Positions 1 to 12,890 of a stretch of DNA of 64,000 nucleotides are shown here, in pieces; the stretch's first letter is position 1, and every line of letters begins with the position of its first letter. The DNA comes from Squalus acanthias. Taxonomy: Eukaryota. Both the position numbers and the translations under genes were made by a program. Below the pieces are notes generated by a model. The model did no database searches, had not been told where the DNA came from, and was given only the letters and a program-made list of their open reading frames with translations. The DNA lies in the NCBI GenBank assembly GCA_030390025.1, contig CM059437.1:78740001-78804000 (forward strand), given 5' to 3'.

Positions 1-516
1 TGGGGACTTTGGACATCCATTGGCCCTCCTGATCCCAAAGCAGGTGGGAGGCTGTTTAAATGTGCAAATTGGGGTCCGGTGTCGGTTATAGGACTCCAAT
101 TGGAATTTTCAGGGAGAGATGGTCAGAGGCTGCAAAGTGCATGCTAGTTCCAGCTCTTCTAGGTGTTAAGCGGATAACCAGCGGTCCTTAAAGGGACCTC
201 CAGAGACTGCTCAGTAAATGCAAATTTTAAAAAAGATTTTCCAGGAGGTGCTCCTCCCAGCCCCACAAAAATCTTCTGACCTGCTGCTGGCCCATTCTTG
301 GCACATCATCCTGGGATCCGCCCCCCCACCCCATCAGGACCTCCCTTTCGGCGAGCTGCAATGGAGCACCTGTTTGGTGCCCATAGCTTGCCGGTAAAAT
401 GTAGATGATGCCTGAACCTGAAAATGGTTTAGGCCGCCCGACTGTGATCGCGGTGGACACCATGGGCGTATCGCTGATAGTTCGCCCGCTTTGGGCCTCG
501 ACTTGAAAATCTCCCC
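1..516. mobile_element. Right end of a non-autonomous Harbinger-like (TIR) element, truncated by the window edge
   Basis: Ends in TTGAAAATCTCCCC followed by TAA. The terminus resembles other GGGG-n-ATTTT TIRs in this window; TAA/TTA is a typical Harbinger TSD. Confidence 0.5.
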
Positions 517-2709
517 TAATGACTCTAACCAACACATCACCAACAATCAATACAACATCCATACCCACCGCTAAGACCAGTATAAGGAAAAGTATATTGT
601 CGTTGGCACAACCCACACCGCATGCGTCTCACTACCTGAGGCAGTGGAGTAAGCAGATGCAAGTGCAATTAATAGAATGTAAGGTAGCAAAGCCCATAGG
701 CAGCATGATGCAACACCAGTCTGACTCATGTTTGAAGAAAGTCAGAAGCTCTGAGGAATTATGTTCAAAGTTGTATTGATTATGTTGCATATTGAATGAT
801 TATGCTAACTGGGTAAATTAAGTTGATTGGAAATTATAGTTTTTCTTTGGGAACAGTTCCCATTACTGAAGATCAGTGCTGCTGTGATGTTCTGTCAGAT
901 TATTTACTTGAGGTTTTAGGCAGAATGTCCCTTGATTAGATATTCCCAGAGCATCACCTGCATGAGCAAGCTGCTGTGCTTCCTCCATTGCCAGAGCATA
1001 CAAACATTCAGAAACATTGAGACTGATGCCAGCTGGATTGCTGAATTATGCAAGAGATGGCAACTGATGAATGATTTCTGCAATTTAGATGGGGGGTACT
1101 TCAGGGCACCTTCCGATCTGTCCAGGCAACAAAATTAAAAATTGAATGTACACACGCTCTCAATTCTTTGATTGTTTCTTAATTATATCAATGCTCTGCA
1201 CAATTTTGGAAAATTAAGATTCCCCGTCAAAGGTTCAGGACGTGATTTCATAATCAATGCTCCATCTGAAGCTAGCCACAAAGTTTGGCATCTCAAATAG
1301 CTTGAGCAGAGTTGATTGGCTCAAAATGAAGGAGCTATGTGTTGCCCTGGGTAGTTGGCACAATGAGATATTAGTGGTTATTTTTGGGGATATTGAGTAT
1401 GCTTGGGAGGGGGAATCTGTGTATGCTCTCCTATGAATTGATAACCGGCTTATTTATAATATTATAATTGAAGCTCTTGCCTGTTTTGGATGAGGGTTCT
1501 TGGAGCAGCATTGATATGCTCACTCTTAACACCTCAGACAGCCAGCATCCCACCTTAGTTAGTAGGCCCCCTCCTGTTCCAAAACAATCATAATGATTCT
1601 CATGCATTACATCAAAATGAACAGTAGATCCCAGGCAGGAAAAAAAAAACACAGCAATTTTTTCACATGTTGTGAACAACCATTGTTTGTCCATTCTGAT
1701 TTCCTTCCTGCACAGGGGCTGTATTTATGGCCTGGTCAGTCGGCCTGGTTATTGAACAGCTCAATAACTGCTTGAGAAGTGAGAATGACAATCAGTGCAG
1801 GTATGCGCTGATTGGCCGATTTCTGCTGGGTGAGATGAGGCGTGAATCTGATAGGAGGAAATACAAATCAGCCTACCAGTTTGATTGGCAGCTCATATTT
1901 AGTAGTCAGAAGTAGGTGGATCTGAATGATTACTTTGTAAGAAGGAAAGTATACCTGATTATGCAGTAATCCATTGAGGTCAGGTGTATTTCAACATAGA
2001 AATGCAACGTTATGGCAATTCTGCTGAAAGGGTTTCAGTGCACAACTACAAGAACAATCCCAGAATTTGGGCTTCTAATTGGTGAAGAGAGAATCATACA
2101 ATTGAACTTGTTTTCATTGGCGAAAAGGCTCTGGGTGGGGAGGATCGGACAAGATGCATGTCTTAAAATGCTGAGGTTAGTTTAATCTTTATTGATTTAG
2201 CTCCTTCAAAAAGAACTGGACAAATATCGTGCAATTTGATTGGAATTATAGCACCAAGTGTAGACTGAGATGATCAAATACTCAATGGAACAAAATAATT
2301 CACATCATGGTGGAGGTGGAATTGTTGTGGAATGCAACTGAGCAGGATTGAAGAGTGGTGCTGCGGGAATGGATAGATCTTGAGATTTGCTTGACTAGTA
2401 TTGGGGGCTTTGTGGAGTATTGATTCAGAACTTTCCTCCAAGGAAATTACATAGTACAGAGTCTTTGATGGGATAGATTGTTTGACTGAACTTAAAGAGC
2501 TCATGTTACTCTCTTTTCAAGCAGAATCTCCACTAAACTCATCTTTCTGGAAAATGGGGCAGTACGATTGTTGGTTAGCACTCTCTATGACTGTGTGGGC
2601 TGGTAACTTTGAGATCTCTGCTGTTGGACTTAGTGGCCACATCTGGTACTAATAACTGTGAAGTGTGGGGCCTTCTAGTGGTAATAAGATAGTATAACAG
2701 TTTAAAAAA

Positions 2710-2810
2710 AAGACTTGCATTTATTTAGCGCCTTTCACATCCTCGGGATGTCCCAAAGCACTTCACAGCCAATTAATAAATTTTTTGAAGTGTAGTTATT
2801 GTTGTTTTGT
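2710..2810 (-). mobile_element. DeuSINE 3' fragment
   Basis: GACTTGCATTTATTTAGCGCCTTTCAC...CCCAAAGCACTTCACAGCCAAT is the reverse complement of the tail of the full SINE copies in this window. Confidence 0.7.
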
Positions 2811-3439
2811 AGACAAAGTGCTAGCCAAAGTATCTATCCATTGCTCTGTCACATTAGGCTGGGTTTAACAGTCTATGCAGGATCTGATAGTCAAGGAATC
2901 ACAGACCTATGAAGCTATAATTTTGATCTCTGTCAAAGGAGCGATGCTTGCTAAACAAATTGTTTCTGCTCATTTTTACATTTCCGCTCCACAATGTCTG
3001 AGTAAAAATGCTGACTCGGGAGCTCCTGCAATGTTCAAAATTAATTTTAAAGACATGCATTCAAACTGCATGGAAATGAGTGATGTATTAGTGGGACCGG
3101 GCGCCAACAGTTGGTGAAATGTGAGGTGTGCTGAGAATGTGAGGAGTGACTGGTTTCTGTAACACCCACTTAAATCTACAGAGAAAAGAAATAACTTGTG
3201 ATGTTAATGGGTCGAATGATGGCCAAACATAAGCAGAATTTATTTAGTAATAAAACACAAGAATGTTCATTGAAGCCCACCCAACTACAGATTCCATTAA
3301 TAAAGGACGAGCAGGCCAAAGTTACTTGTCAGGAAATTATTTTAACAAGTTGTTTTTCAGGAATTTACAGGTTATTACAAGCAGCTTAGGTTTCACTATC
3401 AATATAAGTGGGGCAAAAAGTGGGAGCGAGAGAGGGGTA

Positions 3440-3856
3440 AAACATGAAACAGTGTGAGAGAGGGGCAGGGTGAACAGTGAGAGACAGGGTAAAGTGAAAG
3501 AAAGGGAAAAAAATAGATAAAGAGTGAGAGACCAAGAGTAACAGGATAAAGAATGAGAGACAGAGAGAAAGAGATGGGGAAAGAATTAAAGGGGCAGAGT
3601 AAATAGAGTTAAAAAAGGAGAGAGGCAGATTAAAGAGTGTGAGAGAGAAAAAGAGAGATGGAGTAAAGAGTGATAAAGACAAATAGGGTAAAGTGAGTGA
3701 GAGAGAGAGACATGGCCAAAGAGTAAGTGAGACACAAAGCCAAGTAAGAAAGAGAGAGTGATGGGATAGAGAGAAAAGGGATGAAGTGTGCGAGAGACAG
3801 AAATGGGATAAATGTAAAAGAAAGAGAATGGGTAAAGAGTGAGCGAGAGGGAGATC
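3440..3856. repeat. Purine-rich (GA/AG) low-complexity tract, continuing at ~5180-5290
   Basis: Strongly A/G-biased plus strand with GAGA runs, split by the 3857-5178 element. Confidence 0.75.
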
Positions 3857-5178
3857 AACCCTGATATTTACGGGGAGGTGGGGTGGTAGCCGGCGTGTGT
3901 GGTCTGGAGATGGCAGGGAGGGGGATCTGGAGATGGCAGGGAGGGGGATCTGGAGATGGCAGGGAGGGGATCTGGAGATGGCAGGGAGGGGGTCTGGAGA
4001 TGGCAGGGAGGGGGGTCTGTAGATCGCAGGGAGGGGGTCTGTAGATCGCAGGGAGGGGGTCTGGAGATGGCAGGGAGGGGGGTCTGGAGATGGCAGGGAG
4101 GGGGGTCTGGAGATCGCGGAGGGGGGTCTGGAGATGGCAGGGAGGGGGGTCTGGAGATCGCGGAGGGGGTCTGGAGATCGCAGGGAGGGGGATCTGGAGA
4201 TGGCAGGGAGGGGGGTCTGGAGATGGCAGGGAGGGGGTCTGGAGATCGCGGAGGGGGGGTCTGGAGATGGCAGGGAGGGGGATCTGGAGATGGCAGGGAG
4301 GGGGGTCTGGAGATGGCAGGGAGGGGGTCTGCAGATCGCGGAGGGGGGGTCTGGAGATCGTGGAGGGGGGTCTGGAGATCGCAGAGAGGGGGTCTGGAGA
4401 TCGCAGGGAGGGGGGTCTGGAGATGGCAGGGAGGGGGGTCTGCAGATGGCAGGGAGGGGGGTCTGGAGATGGCAGGGAGGGAGGTCTGGAGATCGCGGAG
4501 GGGGGTCTGGAGATCGCGGAGGGGGGGTCTGGAGATCGCGGAGGGGGGTCTGGAGATCGCGGAGGGGGGTCTGGAGATCGCGGAGGGGGGTCTGGAGATC
4601 GCGGAGGGGGGTCTGGAGATCGCAGGGAGGGGGTCTGGAGATCGCAGGGAGGGGTGTCTGGAGATCGCAGGGAGGGGGGTCTGGAGATCGCAGGGAGGGG
4701 GGTCTGGAGATCGCGGAGGGGGGTCAGGAGATGGCAGGGAGGGGGATCTGGAGATCGCGGAGGGGAGAGATAGAGATAGCGGGGGGTTCGGCCGATCGGG
4801 CGGTAGAGGAAGAGATCATGGCAGAAGGTTTGCTGGAGGGTCCGGGGGGAAGCACTCCTGCTCCTCCTGGCTCACAAGCAGTGCTGGAAAAGCACTTACA
4901 TGCTGGATCTGGCTGCTCCCGTCTCCCCTTAGCTGCTGGGCTTCCCGAGCCATTAAATTGAAATGACTGCCAAAATCTGAGGAACTGAGCTTTAATGTAT
5001 TAAAATCACTGGCTCGACCTTCCAGAACAGGTTGCTTGAATGCCCCCAAACCGTTGCGGTTAAACAGGAAATAGGCATGTTCGCAGCGGTTTGGGTCGGG
5101 TTTCACATTTTTAACAGTTTACCACCCCCCCTCCCCCCGACTCTCTCCCGCCCATCATGGGGGGGTTAAAATCTCCCC
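3857..5178. mobile_element. Non-autonomous TIR element (Harbinger-like MITE) carrying an expanded minisatellite
   Basis: Interrupts the GA tract. Right end GGGGGTTAAAATCTCCCC, left end AACCCTGATATTTAC (imperfect TIR). Confidence 0.5.
3900..4762. repeat. G-rich minisatellite with ~21-24 bp units (GGTCTGGAGATGGCAGGGAGGGG / GGTCTGGAGATCGCGGAGGGG)
   Basis: Directly visible tandem array with variant units. It explains the repetitive ORFs in all three plus frames. Confidence 0.95.
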
Positions 5179-6168
5179 ATGAGGTAAAGAGTATAAGAGA
5201 GAGACAGATAGAGTGAGTGACAGAGTAAAGACCAACAGACAAAGTGAAATGGGGAAAAAGAGAGAGAGATGGGTAATGATGTATGGCACAGAGATGAGGC
5301 CAGAATGGGAAGGAATTAGACTGTCCATTTTCTAGTCTCTTCACTACTTTGTTTCATCAATAACTCTCCAATCACATCAGGTTCTTCAGTAAATCACTGG
5401 GCTTTAGAGTATGGAAAGCAGAGTATGATTGTCACTATTAATATTCATATATATCTGTTCAAGTAGCACAGTTATTCCAAAAGTTACTGTGGGGAGAGGT
5501 TCACAGCATCATGAGTGCAAGACAGGTTCAGTTAACCTGCCTCTGGGACCCACCACACTTTTCTCAAAGCACAGACGCTGCTGCCATGGTAACAGTTGGG
5601 ATAGTTCCAGCACTTGCACTGTGTGAGATTTACTTTGATTAAATCTAAACTACAGTCTTAACGATGACTCTGGCTATTGGTTTGGAACATGAAATGAAAA
5701 TACAGCTTTTAATCAGAAGGGGAAGAGTTGGGATGGTTCCTGTGTACAGAGGGCCATGGCAAATAGGTTCCAAAGGAACAGGTTTACGATCCACTAGAAA
5801 TATTGACCAGAAGAAACCGTTATCAATGCATTTACAACGTGGCTACACAGAGACCAAAGCACTCCTCTTTCCTGGTTTTAACACCACCACCCGTCTGTCA
5901 TACTCAGGTGAGCACTGAGAATAGCTCCACCTGAGAGGGGGGACTGGGGGTGGTGCAGGAGGTGTAGGGGGATCAGGACAAAGCCAGTGGCGTCGGAAGT
6001 GAATCAGGGCACAGCAGGTCGGGTCGCTGGCATGGAGTGGAGATTCTCTTTGCTTTCCTAATAGTACCACATGAGCTTTCCACATCTCTGCTAAGCCCCC
6101 TCAACTGGGAATGGTAAAAGGGTGTTTCTCTCTCATGATCTTTTGGGGAATTAAGTCATTCCAGGTAA

Positions 6169-7009
6169 CCTGAATGTAAAGCAGCTCAAGGCAACCCTAG
6201 CGCGAGTGGGAAGAGCAGCACTGAAGCACATATCAGGGTCTTCTTCAGAGCCATGGAAATATACGAGACCCTGGTGTGACATGTACTTCAGACCCAGCTG
6301 TGTTAATGCAGAGCTGGACGGCAACTATAGGGGGCGGAGAGGAGAAACCAGCACAGCAGACGTTTCTTGTCTGTGATTATCTCTTCGGCTTAGCTCGGAT
6401 TGCTGCTCTGATTTGGGCTGCACTAAAGCTTCTCCAGCAGCTGCCGTTAGCATGTAAGCAGCTGTCACACTACTCAGCTGGTAAAGCTGCTGAAATCAGA
6501 GCTAAGCATGACGGTGGCAGTTGAGGGAACATATGGAGGTGACAAGCTACTGAAGGTCAGCTTTTCAGGCTGCCCTCTGGCGTTTTTTAACTCCTGAAAT
6601 TTTTTTGCTGTTGGATTCTTTGGTTTTATACATCAAACATATTGGGGTTTAGCCAGTGCTGCCGCTGCTGTGATGTAATGAGGTAGGGCGCAAGCTGGAG
6701 CCCTGGCATGCCTTGGCGTTTGTAAGGTTTCCGGGATCCAGTAAAAGTCCCACACTCATTGTGGCTCCAAACACCTCCTGGGCCAAATTGCAGTGTCCAA
6801 CTGACGAGGATTTAAAAAAAAATTGTTTGTGGGATGTAGGCGTTGCTGGCAAGGCCAGCATTTATTGCCCATCCCTGAATGTAAAGCAGCTCAAGGCAAC
6901 CCTAGCACAAGTGGGACGAACAGCACCGAAGCACATATCAGGGTCTACTTGAGAGCTATGGAAATACTCGAGACCTTGTGTGACGTGTACTTCAGACCCA
7001 GCTGTGTTA
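6169..7009 (+). repeat. Direct repeat pair of ~135 bp (6169-6305 and 6874-7009)
   Basis: Both copies start CCTGAATGTAAAGCAGCTCAAGGCAACCCTAGC and end CTTCAGACCCAGCTGTGTTA, with scattered substitutions. Confidence 0.9.
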
Positions 7010-7659
7010 CCAAGTTGTCATTCCTATAGAAGGGGATGGCAGGGGGTACGATTGTGGAGAATGGGAATACAGACTCACTATAAAGATAGTAGCTGCGGCT
7101 TCCGAGTGTCTTTCATGCTAATCATAGCTCCAAAAAAGGAACAGCACAAAAACTGCGCTGAAAATCGGCATAGTACCAGGTCCACTGCCTTACAATTGCA
7201 GACTAAATTCAATTCCATTTTTTATTACATGGGATTCCCGTATTCAGTGATCACATTCTGCAATTCAGTGCACTTTTCTGTGAAAACCAAAACCCAAGGC
7301 ACTTGTCTACAACTTATGAAATGAAATAGTTGCACTGAGATTGAAGACACAAGCTTGTGGGAACAAGCTGCACAAACTGACAATATTCCATCACTTGTTA
7401 CAATTGAATTTTACTGTTTGTACAATCAGGTGGTAATACTTAGTGAGCATAACAGGCTTGAAGGGCTGAATGGCTTACTCCTGTTGCTATGTTCCTACAT
7501 AACACCACAGACCTCCACCTACCACCCCAATAGTGAGCATATCACTGCAGGCCTATGTATACCAGAGCTGACTTATGTAATGTAAAAAATGATAAGCTGT
7601 AGGCTTATAAGATAATAAAATTCTTCTTCTTCTTCTTTTGTATGGTAGTAGCAAAGCAA

Positions 7660-9175
7660 ATCAAATGTCAATATCTAAGCCAGATATCCAGGCCAAAGCT
7701 TCCGGTGTAACAACGTGGATATCTTGTAGGCTGCCTGCAAATTTCCTCTGAGGGCAGTGCTTAATGATGTGTTCCAGGGTCTGTTTAGGAGATCCACAGT
7801 CGCATGATGGGGATGCTTTAATCTTTCACCTCTGGAGAAGGTGGCAGCATCTACCATGACCGGTTCTGAGGTGGTTAATGGTTGTCCACTGTTTGCGAGG
7901 AAGGTTTGATCCTTCAGGTTGTACTGTGAGGTCCATTCGGTATGTCGCAGTTCTTCCAAGCATTTTGCCATCGGTCAGCAAGACTGAGGGGAGATTGCTG
8001 AAGGGCTTCTACAATGGTCCAAAATGGCCTTCTAGTTTTGAGACGGGTTGGTGGTAGGTTGTTCAAGTCAGCCTGGATCGACATGTCTTTGCTGGTGCAG
8101 TGGTTGTATTCTCTGGAGACTGCATATTCGTGGCGTAGGTGTGGTGGTAAGATGTTTGCAAGCACGGGCAGCCAACGTGTTGGTGCCGATAAAAGCGTAC
8201 TGGTGATAATTCTCATAGTATATTTCAGCTGGACATCAATGGATTTGACGTGTGGACTTGATAGCCATGCTGGAGAGCAGTACTCCGCTGTAGGGTACAC
8301 CAGGGCGAGTGCTGCCTTATGGAGGGTTTGAGCATACACTTCCCATGTGGATCCGGCGAGTTTCTGGATCAAGTTGACCCTACTCTTTAGTTTCTTCCCC
8401 AGGTTCTGGAGATGTTGTCTATACAATAGGGTGCAATTGAGCGTGACTCCTAAATAGGAGTTTTTTTTGGCACAGTTTACCTTTCCACTGCAAAAGGAGA
8501 CTTTCACAGCTTGGTTTGCTTGATGACGTTGAGGTGGAATGTCGAGGTGATGGTCTTTTGCGGGTTTGGCCAAAGCCGCCATTGGTGGAAGTAGGCCATC
8601 ATCCTCTGTAAATCACTGGTTAGGGTTTCCTCGGTGATGGACAGATTCATGTTTTGCATGGCCAAGGCAATGTCATCAGCGCATACGAACTTGCGGGACT
8701 CTGTTTCGGGCAGGTCACTGACATAAACATTGAATAACATGGGTGCCAGGACAGAGCCCTGTGGGAGTACATTGTTCAATGTCCTACATCTGCTCTCTGG
8801 GTGCCAGTGTACACACGGAAGTGTTGGTTGCTAAGCATGGAGTTGAGAAGAAATTTTGTTGTTCTGCAGGGTAAAATGGTGGAGAGCTTGAAAAGCAGTC
8901 CACGCTTCCATACTGTGTCATACGCCGCTGACGGGTCCACGAGTGCTACGGCGATCTTGAGCTGGAGCTGGAAGCCTGCTTCGATGTGCGTTGTTAAAGC
9001 TACCACTTGGTCGCAGCAGTTATTGCCGCTCCAGAAGCCCACTTGCTCCTTAGGGATGGTTGGCTCGATGAAGGGGGCTAGTCTATGGAGTAGTAGCCTC
9101 TCCAGCACTTTATAATAAGTGCAAAGTAAGGAGATCGGGTGGTAGCTGGAGGCCTCACAAGCATTCTTCCCTTCA
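7660..9175 (-). mobile_element. Degenerate 5'-truncated non-LTR retrotransposon RT (Vingi/Ingi-like)
   Basis: Frameshifted ORFs 8776-9108, 8504-8779 and 7914-8582 carry EQVGF, AAYDTVW, PQGSVLAPMLFNVY, ADDIAL, YLGVTL and KLAGSTW...ALALVYPTAEYCSPAW. The KLAGxxW motif is typical of Vingi/Ingi. Confidence 0.8.
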
Positions 9176-9489
9176 GGAGGGCAATTATTTTAGCCTCATT
9201 ATTGAAATATACATGTAAATAATGTAACATGTTTAATGCAAACAACAATGTAAAGAACATAACTGGCATGTCTACAGCACTCCTCTGGTGCACAGACATC
9301 TGAAACATTTACATTGAGCAAAAAAAAACGATAATGATTAATCCACAAACAGGAGAACTGTTTAAAAATGTCTTATATCCCGCAAGCACAACTTGTATTG
9401 TGACCTTTCAGTCATTGAAGAAAGATGAGAAAGACCAAAATGCTCTTCGCTCCTTTTCAGCATGGTCCTGGAGAACTGAATTTGGCATC

Positions 9490-10900
9490 CTAGGTTGAAA
9501 CTGGCATCCACCAGAACCCTAGGTACCAGTATGAATCAGCAATTGGGACAGATGGCCATTGTGCCTTGCAATCAATATCTTTAAGATCCCCTCTTGAGCA
9601 ATGAAAACCCATGATACTACAATTGGGGATACCCACCAGTACTTTATCCCAATGGTTAGGCCGTTGTTCAAGATGGTAAGTAGAGCACACTAGGTGAATC
9701 CATCAGCAATATAATGGCCCGGATTTTGCGGTAAGAATAATGGTGAGGCTATCAGTGAGCACTGTTCGTTCACTGCTGACTGCAAAATCCGGGCCACTAT
9801 TGTCTGCAAAAAGGACTCACTGGTGTTCTTTCTGAAATGCTTGGAATCAATAGTCCACGAATGCCCATTATGATGCCATCCAACACATCATTGTGAGGAT
9901 ACTGAATATGATAGGTGATAGTGGACACCCTTGACTATCTCCGCTTTCAAGAGACATAGATCCAATGAGTCTCTTATGTACCCTTATATGGCTCTTGGAG
10001 CTGGAGTATGCATCCCAGATAAAATCCAAGATTTGAGCATGTATTGCTATCACTTCTAGCTTCTGCATGAGCGCTGCATGAGACATTAGCTCAAAAGCTT
10101 TCCAAAAATTAATAAAAACTATAAGCTATAATATAAACTATAACTATATTATGACACTCTAAGATTTTATCTGAAGCTACAACCCACCTTACACATTCTG
10201 CATGAGCACAAAATTCAACCTATTCCTTTCTGGTTCCTCTATGGGCCTTCAAAGCAGCTGATACAGTTTGAAGTGCTTATGTAGAGCCAGGTGCTGGTTC
10301 ATTATAAGCCAGTGTGGCTGCCTTCTGATCCTACAGCTGTGTATGTGCACAATTTCCATACAGATGAAGAAGATGCTAGCTTACTAGGGTATTCTTGACT
10401 GATCTTGGGACAGCAGTGAGGCACCGTGGGAAGTTTCAATCCCACAATGATTTTTGTTAGCGAATGCTGACAAGTGGACACAAGTTCAACCTGTGAAAGT
10501 TGGCATTTATGGTGGTTATCCTGCCCAGTATACATTTTAAAATTTGCATCATTATCCATCTGAAAGATGTGAAACCAAGATGTCAGTTAAAATTTCGCTT
10601 ACAAATAGCTCCAAGCCTCTCTTGGGCTTTGCAGCGTATTTCTATAGGGTTTTATATCTAGGTCTAATATTTGTATGGAACGCCCTCCGCAGATATTCGG
10701 AAAAAACATCTTTCCAAATAGTTAGAAGCACTAATGTGCCTGCAATGGATTTGTACTGGAGCATTCAAGAGCAATCCCAGGGCAGCGACGAGGCATCAGG
10801 GAAGGTTAAACCCGATGTCAATATTTGTCAGCAAATGCTCGGATAAGTGGACTCAACCCATGAGATGTTTACGGTTGGCATGCATGGTCACAGTAGACGT
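9490..10900 (-). pseudogene. Highly decayed non-LTR RT remnant, probably RLE-type (NeSL/R2/Utopia-like)
   Basis: ORF 9868-10086 has SHAALMQKL...IWDAYS...SGDSQGCPLSPIIFSI (GxxQGCPLSP motif) and ORF 9490-9690 has a YLGF motif. Extent and clade are uncertain. Confidence 0.5.
9716..9795. mobile_element. 80-bp MITE with perfect 14-bp TIR
   Basis: GGCCCGGATTTTGC...GCAAAATCCGGGCC, located inside the RT remnant. Confidence 0.75.
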
Positions 10901-11610
10901 TGCTTGTGGCTTTAGATCAGTTCAAGGTTCCAGCATAGGCTGGGGTATAAATGGGATAAAAGGTGCAGTTAATTGGTCTTCACATAATGAAATATCAACT
11001 GTCAAGAGATCAACTGGCTCCCTGCCTCATGCCTGGAATTAAAATATTGGCAGAATTTTGCTGCCGCACAGGAAATACATGGATTTCAACCAAAGCTGCA
11101 TGGAGGGGGAGCCTGGAGGGTGCACGACTCCTATCGGGCCTCTACACATGTTGCTTTATTACCAAGAATTAGGTGTGAGAATGTACAGGTGGGGAATAGC
11201 AGTTCTGGAAAGGGGTTAGCAGCCCAGGGGATAGGTACAGCATGCCTGAGGGTGAAGATAGTGGTCCTGGGTTAGAGGTTTGCAGCCTGAGTTGTGGTAA
11301 TCGTGGGTCAGGGTTAGGGGAGAGGGGAAAAAGTTGGAGCAGCTCAGGGGAGGAGCAGGTCACACCAATTACCAAATGATTGTCTGCTCCTCCCTTTCCT
11401 CTGTTCACTTTGCAGGCTAGCATGTGGGGAACAGCAGCAGGAATTTCTTCCCGCAGCTCCATGCTCCATTGTGGGCATACCCAGGCTGCCAGAGCCAAAT
11501 AATGAGCAGATATTGGTGTTCTAATGAAAATTTGACAGCTGTAAACAGCAGAAAGGAAGCAAGTGCTAAATAACAGCATTTCTAAATAGTAATTCAAGAG
11601 GTACTAATGC

Positions 11611-11614
<4 letters not shown>

Positions 11615-11652
<38 letters not shown>

Positions 11653-11668
11653 CGGGGGGGGGGGGGGG
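11615..11668. repeat. (TG)n microsatellite followed by poly-G
   Basis: Directly visible. Confidence 0.95.
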
Positions 11669-12470
11669 GAAGGGATGGAGTTAATGGTGGGAGTGAAGGG
11701 CGTCTCAGACGAAGGTCAATGATATCCCACTGATGATGCTTCAGTTCTTTGACAATTCTGACAGACCCTTTGATGCCGGGTGGTGGAGCAGACTTTTATT
11801 TCAGCTTCTCACTGGAAGCAGAGGGAGTGAGCCCTTTGGCTTAGTGGAAGCATTCCCGCCTCGGAGTCAGGAAGTGCAGAGTTTGAACCCTGGTGAGTGG
11901 AGATCGTAGCTCCGACTCCGAATTTTGGGTTGACATCCATAAGAACATAAGAACTTAAGAAAGATGAGCAGGAGTAGGCCATTTGGCCCTTCGAGCCCGC
12001 TCACCACTCAATAAGATCATGGCTGATCTTCTACCTCAACTCCATCTTCCTGCATTATCCCCATATCCCTTGGTTTCCTCAGTATCCAAAAATCTATCGA
12101 GCTCTGTCTTGAATATACTCAACGTTTGAGCATCCACAGCCCTCTGGAGTACAAAATTCCAAAGATTCACAACCCTTTGAGTGACGAAATTTCTCCTCAA
12201 CTCAGTCCTAAATGGCCGACCCCTTATTCTGAGACTGTGACCCCTGGTTCTAGACTCCCCAGCCAGGGGAAACATCCTCCCTGCATCTATCCTGTCAAGC
12301 CCCTTAAGAATTTTGTATGTTTCAATGAGATCACCTCTCATTCTTCTAAACTCTAGGGAATATAGGCCTAGTCTACTCAATCTCTCCTCATAGGACATCC
12401 CCCCATCCCAGGAATCAGTCTAGTGAACCTTCGTTGTACTCCCTCGAAGGCAAGTCTATCCTTCTTCTAG

Positions 12471-12890
12471 TGACAGCCGTGGCTCAGTTGGTAGCACCCT
12501 CGCTTCTGAGTTAGTCCCTTTCCAGAGACTTGAGCACAAAAATCTAGGCTGACACTCCAGTGCAGTGCTGAGGGAGTGCTGCACTGTCAGAGGTGCCGTC
12601 TTTCGAATGAGACGTTAAACCGAGGCACCATCTGCTCTCCCAGGTGGACATAAAAGATCCCATGGCACTATTTCGAAGAAGAGCAGGGGAGTTATCCCCG
12701 GTGTCCCTCAATCAACATCACTAAAAACAGATTATCTGGTCATTATCACATTGCTGTTTGTGGGAGCTTGCTGTGCGCAGATTGGCTGCCGCGTTTCCTA
12801 CATTACAACAGTGACTGCACTTCAAAAGTACTTCGTTGTAAAGCGCTTTGGGACGTCGTGAGGTCGGGAAAGCGCTATATAAATGCAATT
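12471..12890 (+). mobile_element. tRNA-derived Deu-domain SINE (SacSINE1/AmnSINE1-like) followed by (TTCC)n
   Basis: A-box-like TGGCTCAGTTGG head, central CAGATTATCTGGTCATTATCACATTGCTGTTTGTGGGAGC and L2-type tail GCGCTATATAAATGCAA. Confidence 0.85.

Noticed and set aside
900-2500. Possible decayed coding sequence
   Set aside because: No motif could be identified with confidence in any frame.
3900-4762. CRISPR-like array
   Set aside because: Contiguous tandem units without unique spacers, in a eukaryotic context with no cas genes.
3899-4966. Long Gly/Arg-rich ORFs (355, 227 and 275 aa)
   Set aside because: These are translations of the minisatellite, open in all three frames; there is no evidence of a gene.
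12471-12540. tRNA genes at SINE heads
   Set aside because: These are tRNA-derived SINE promoters without a complete cloverleaf.
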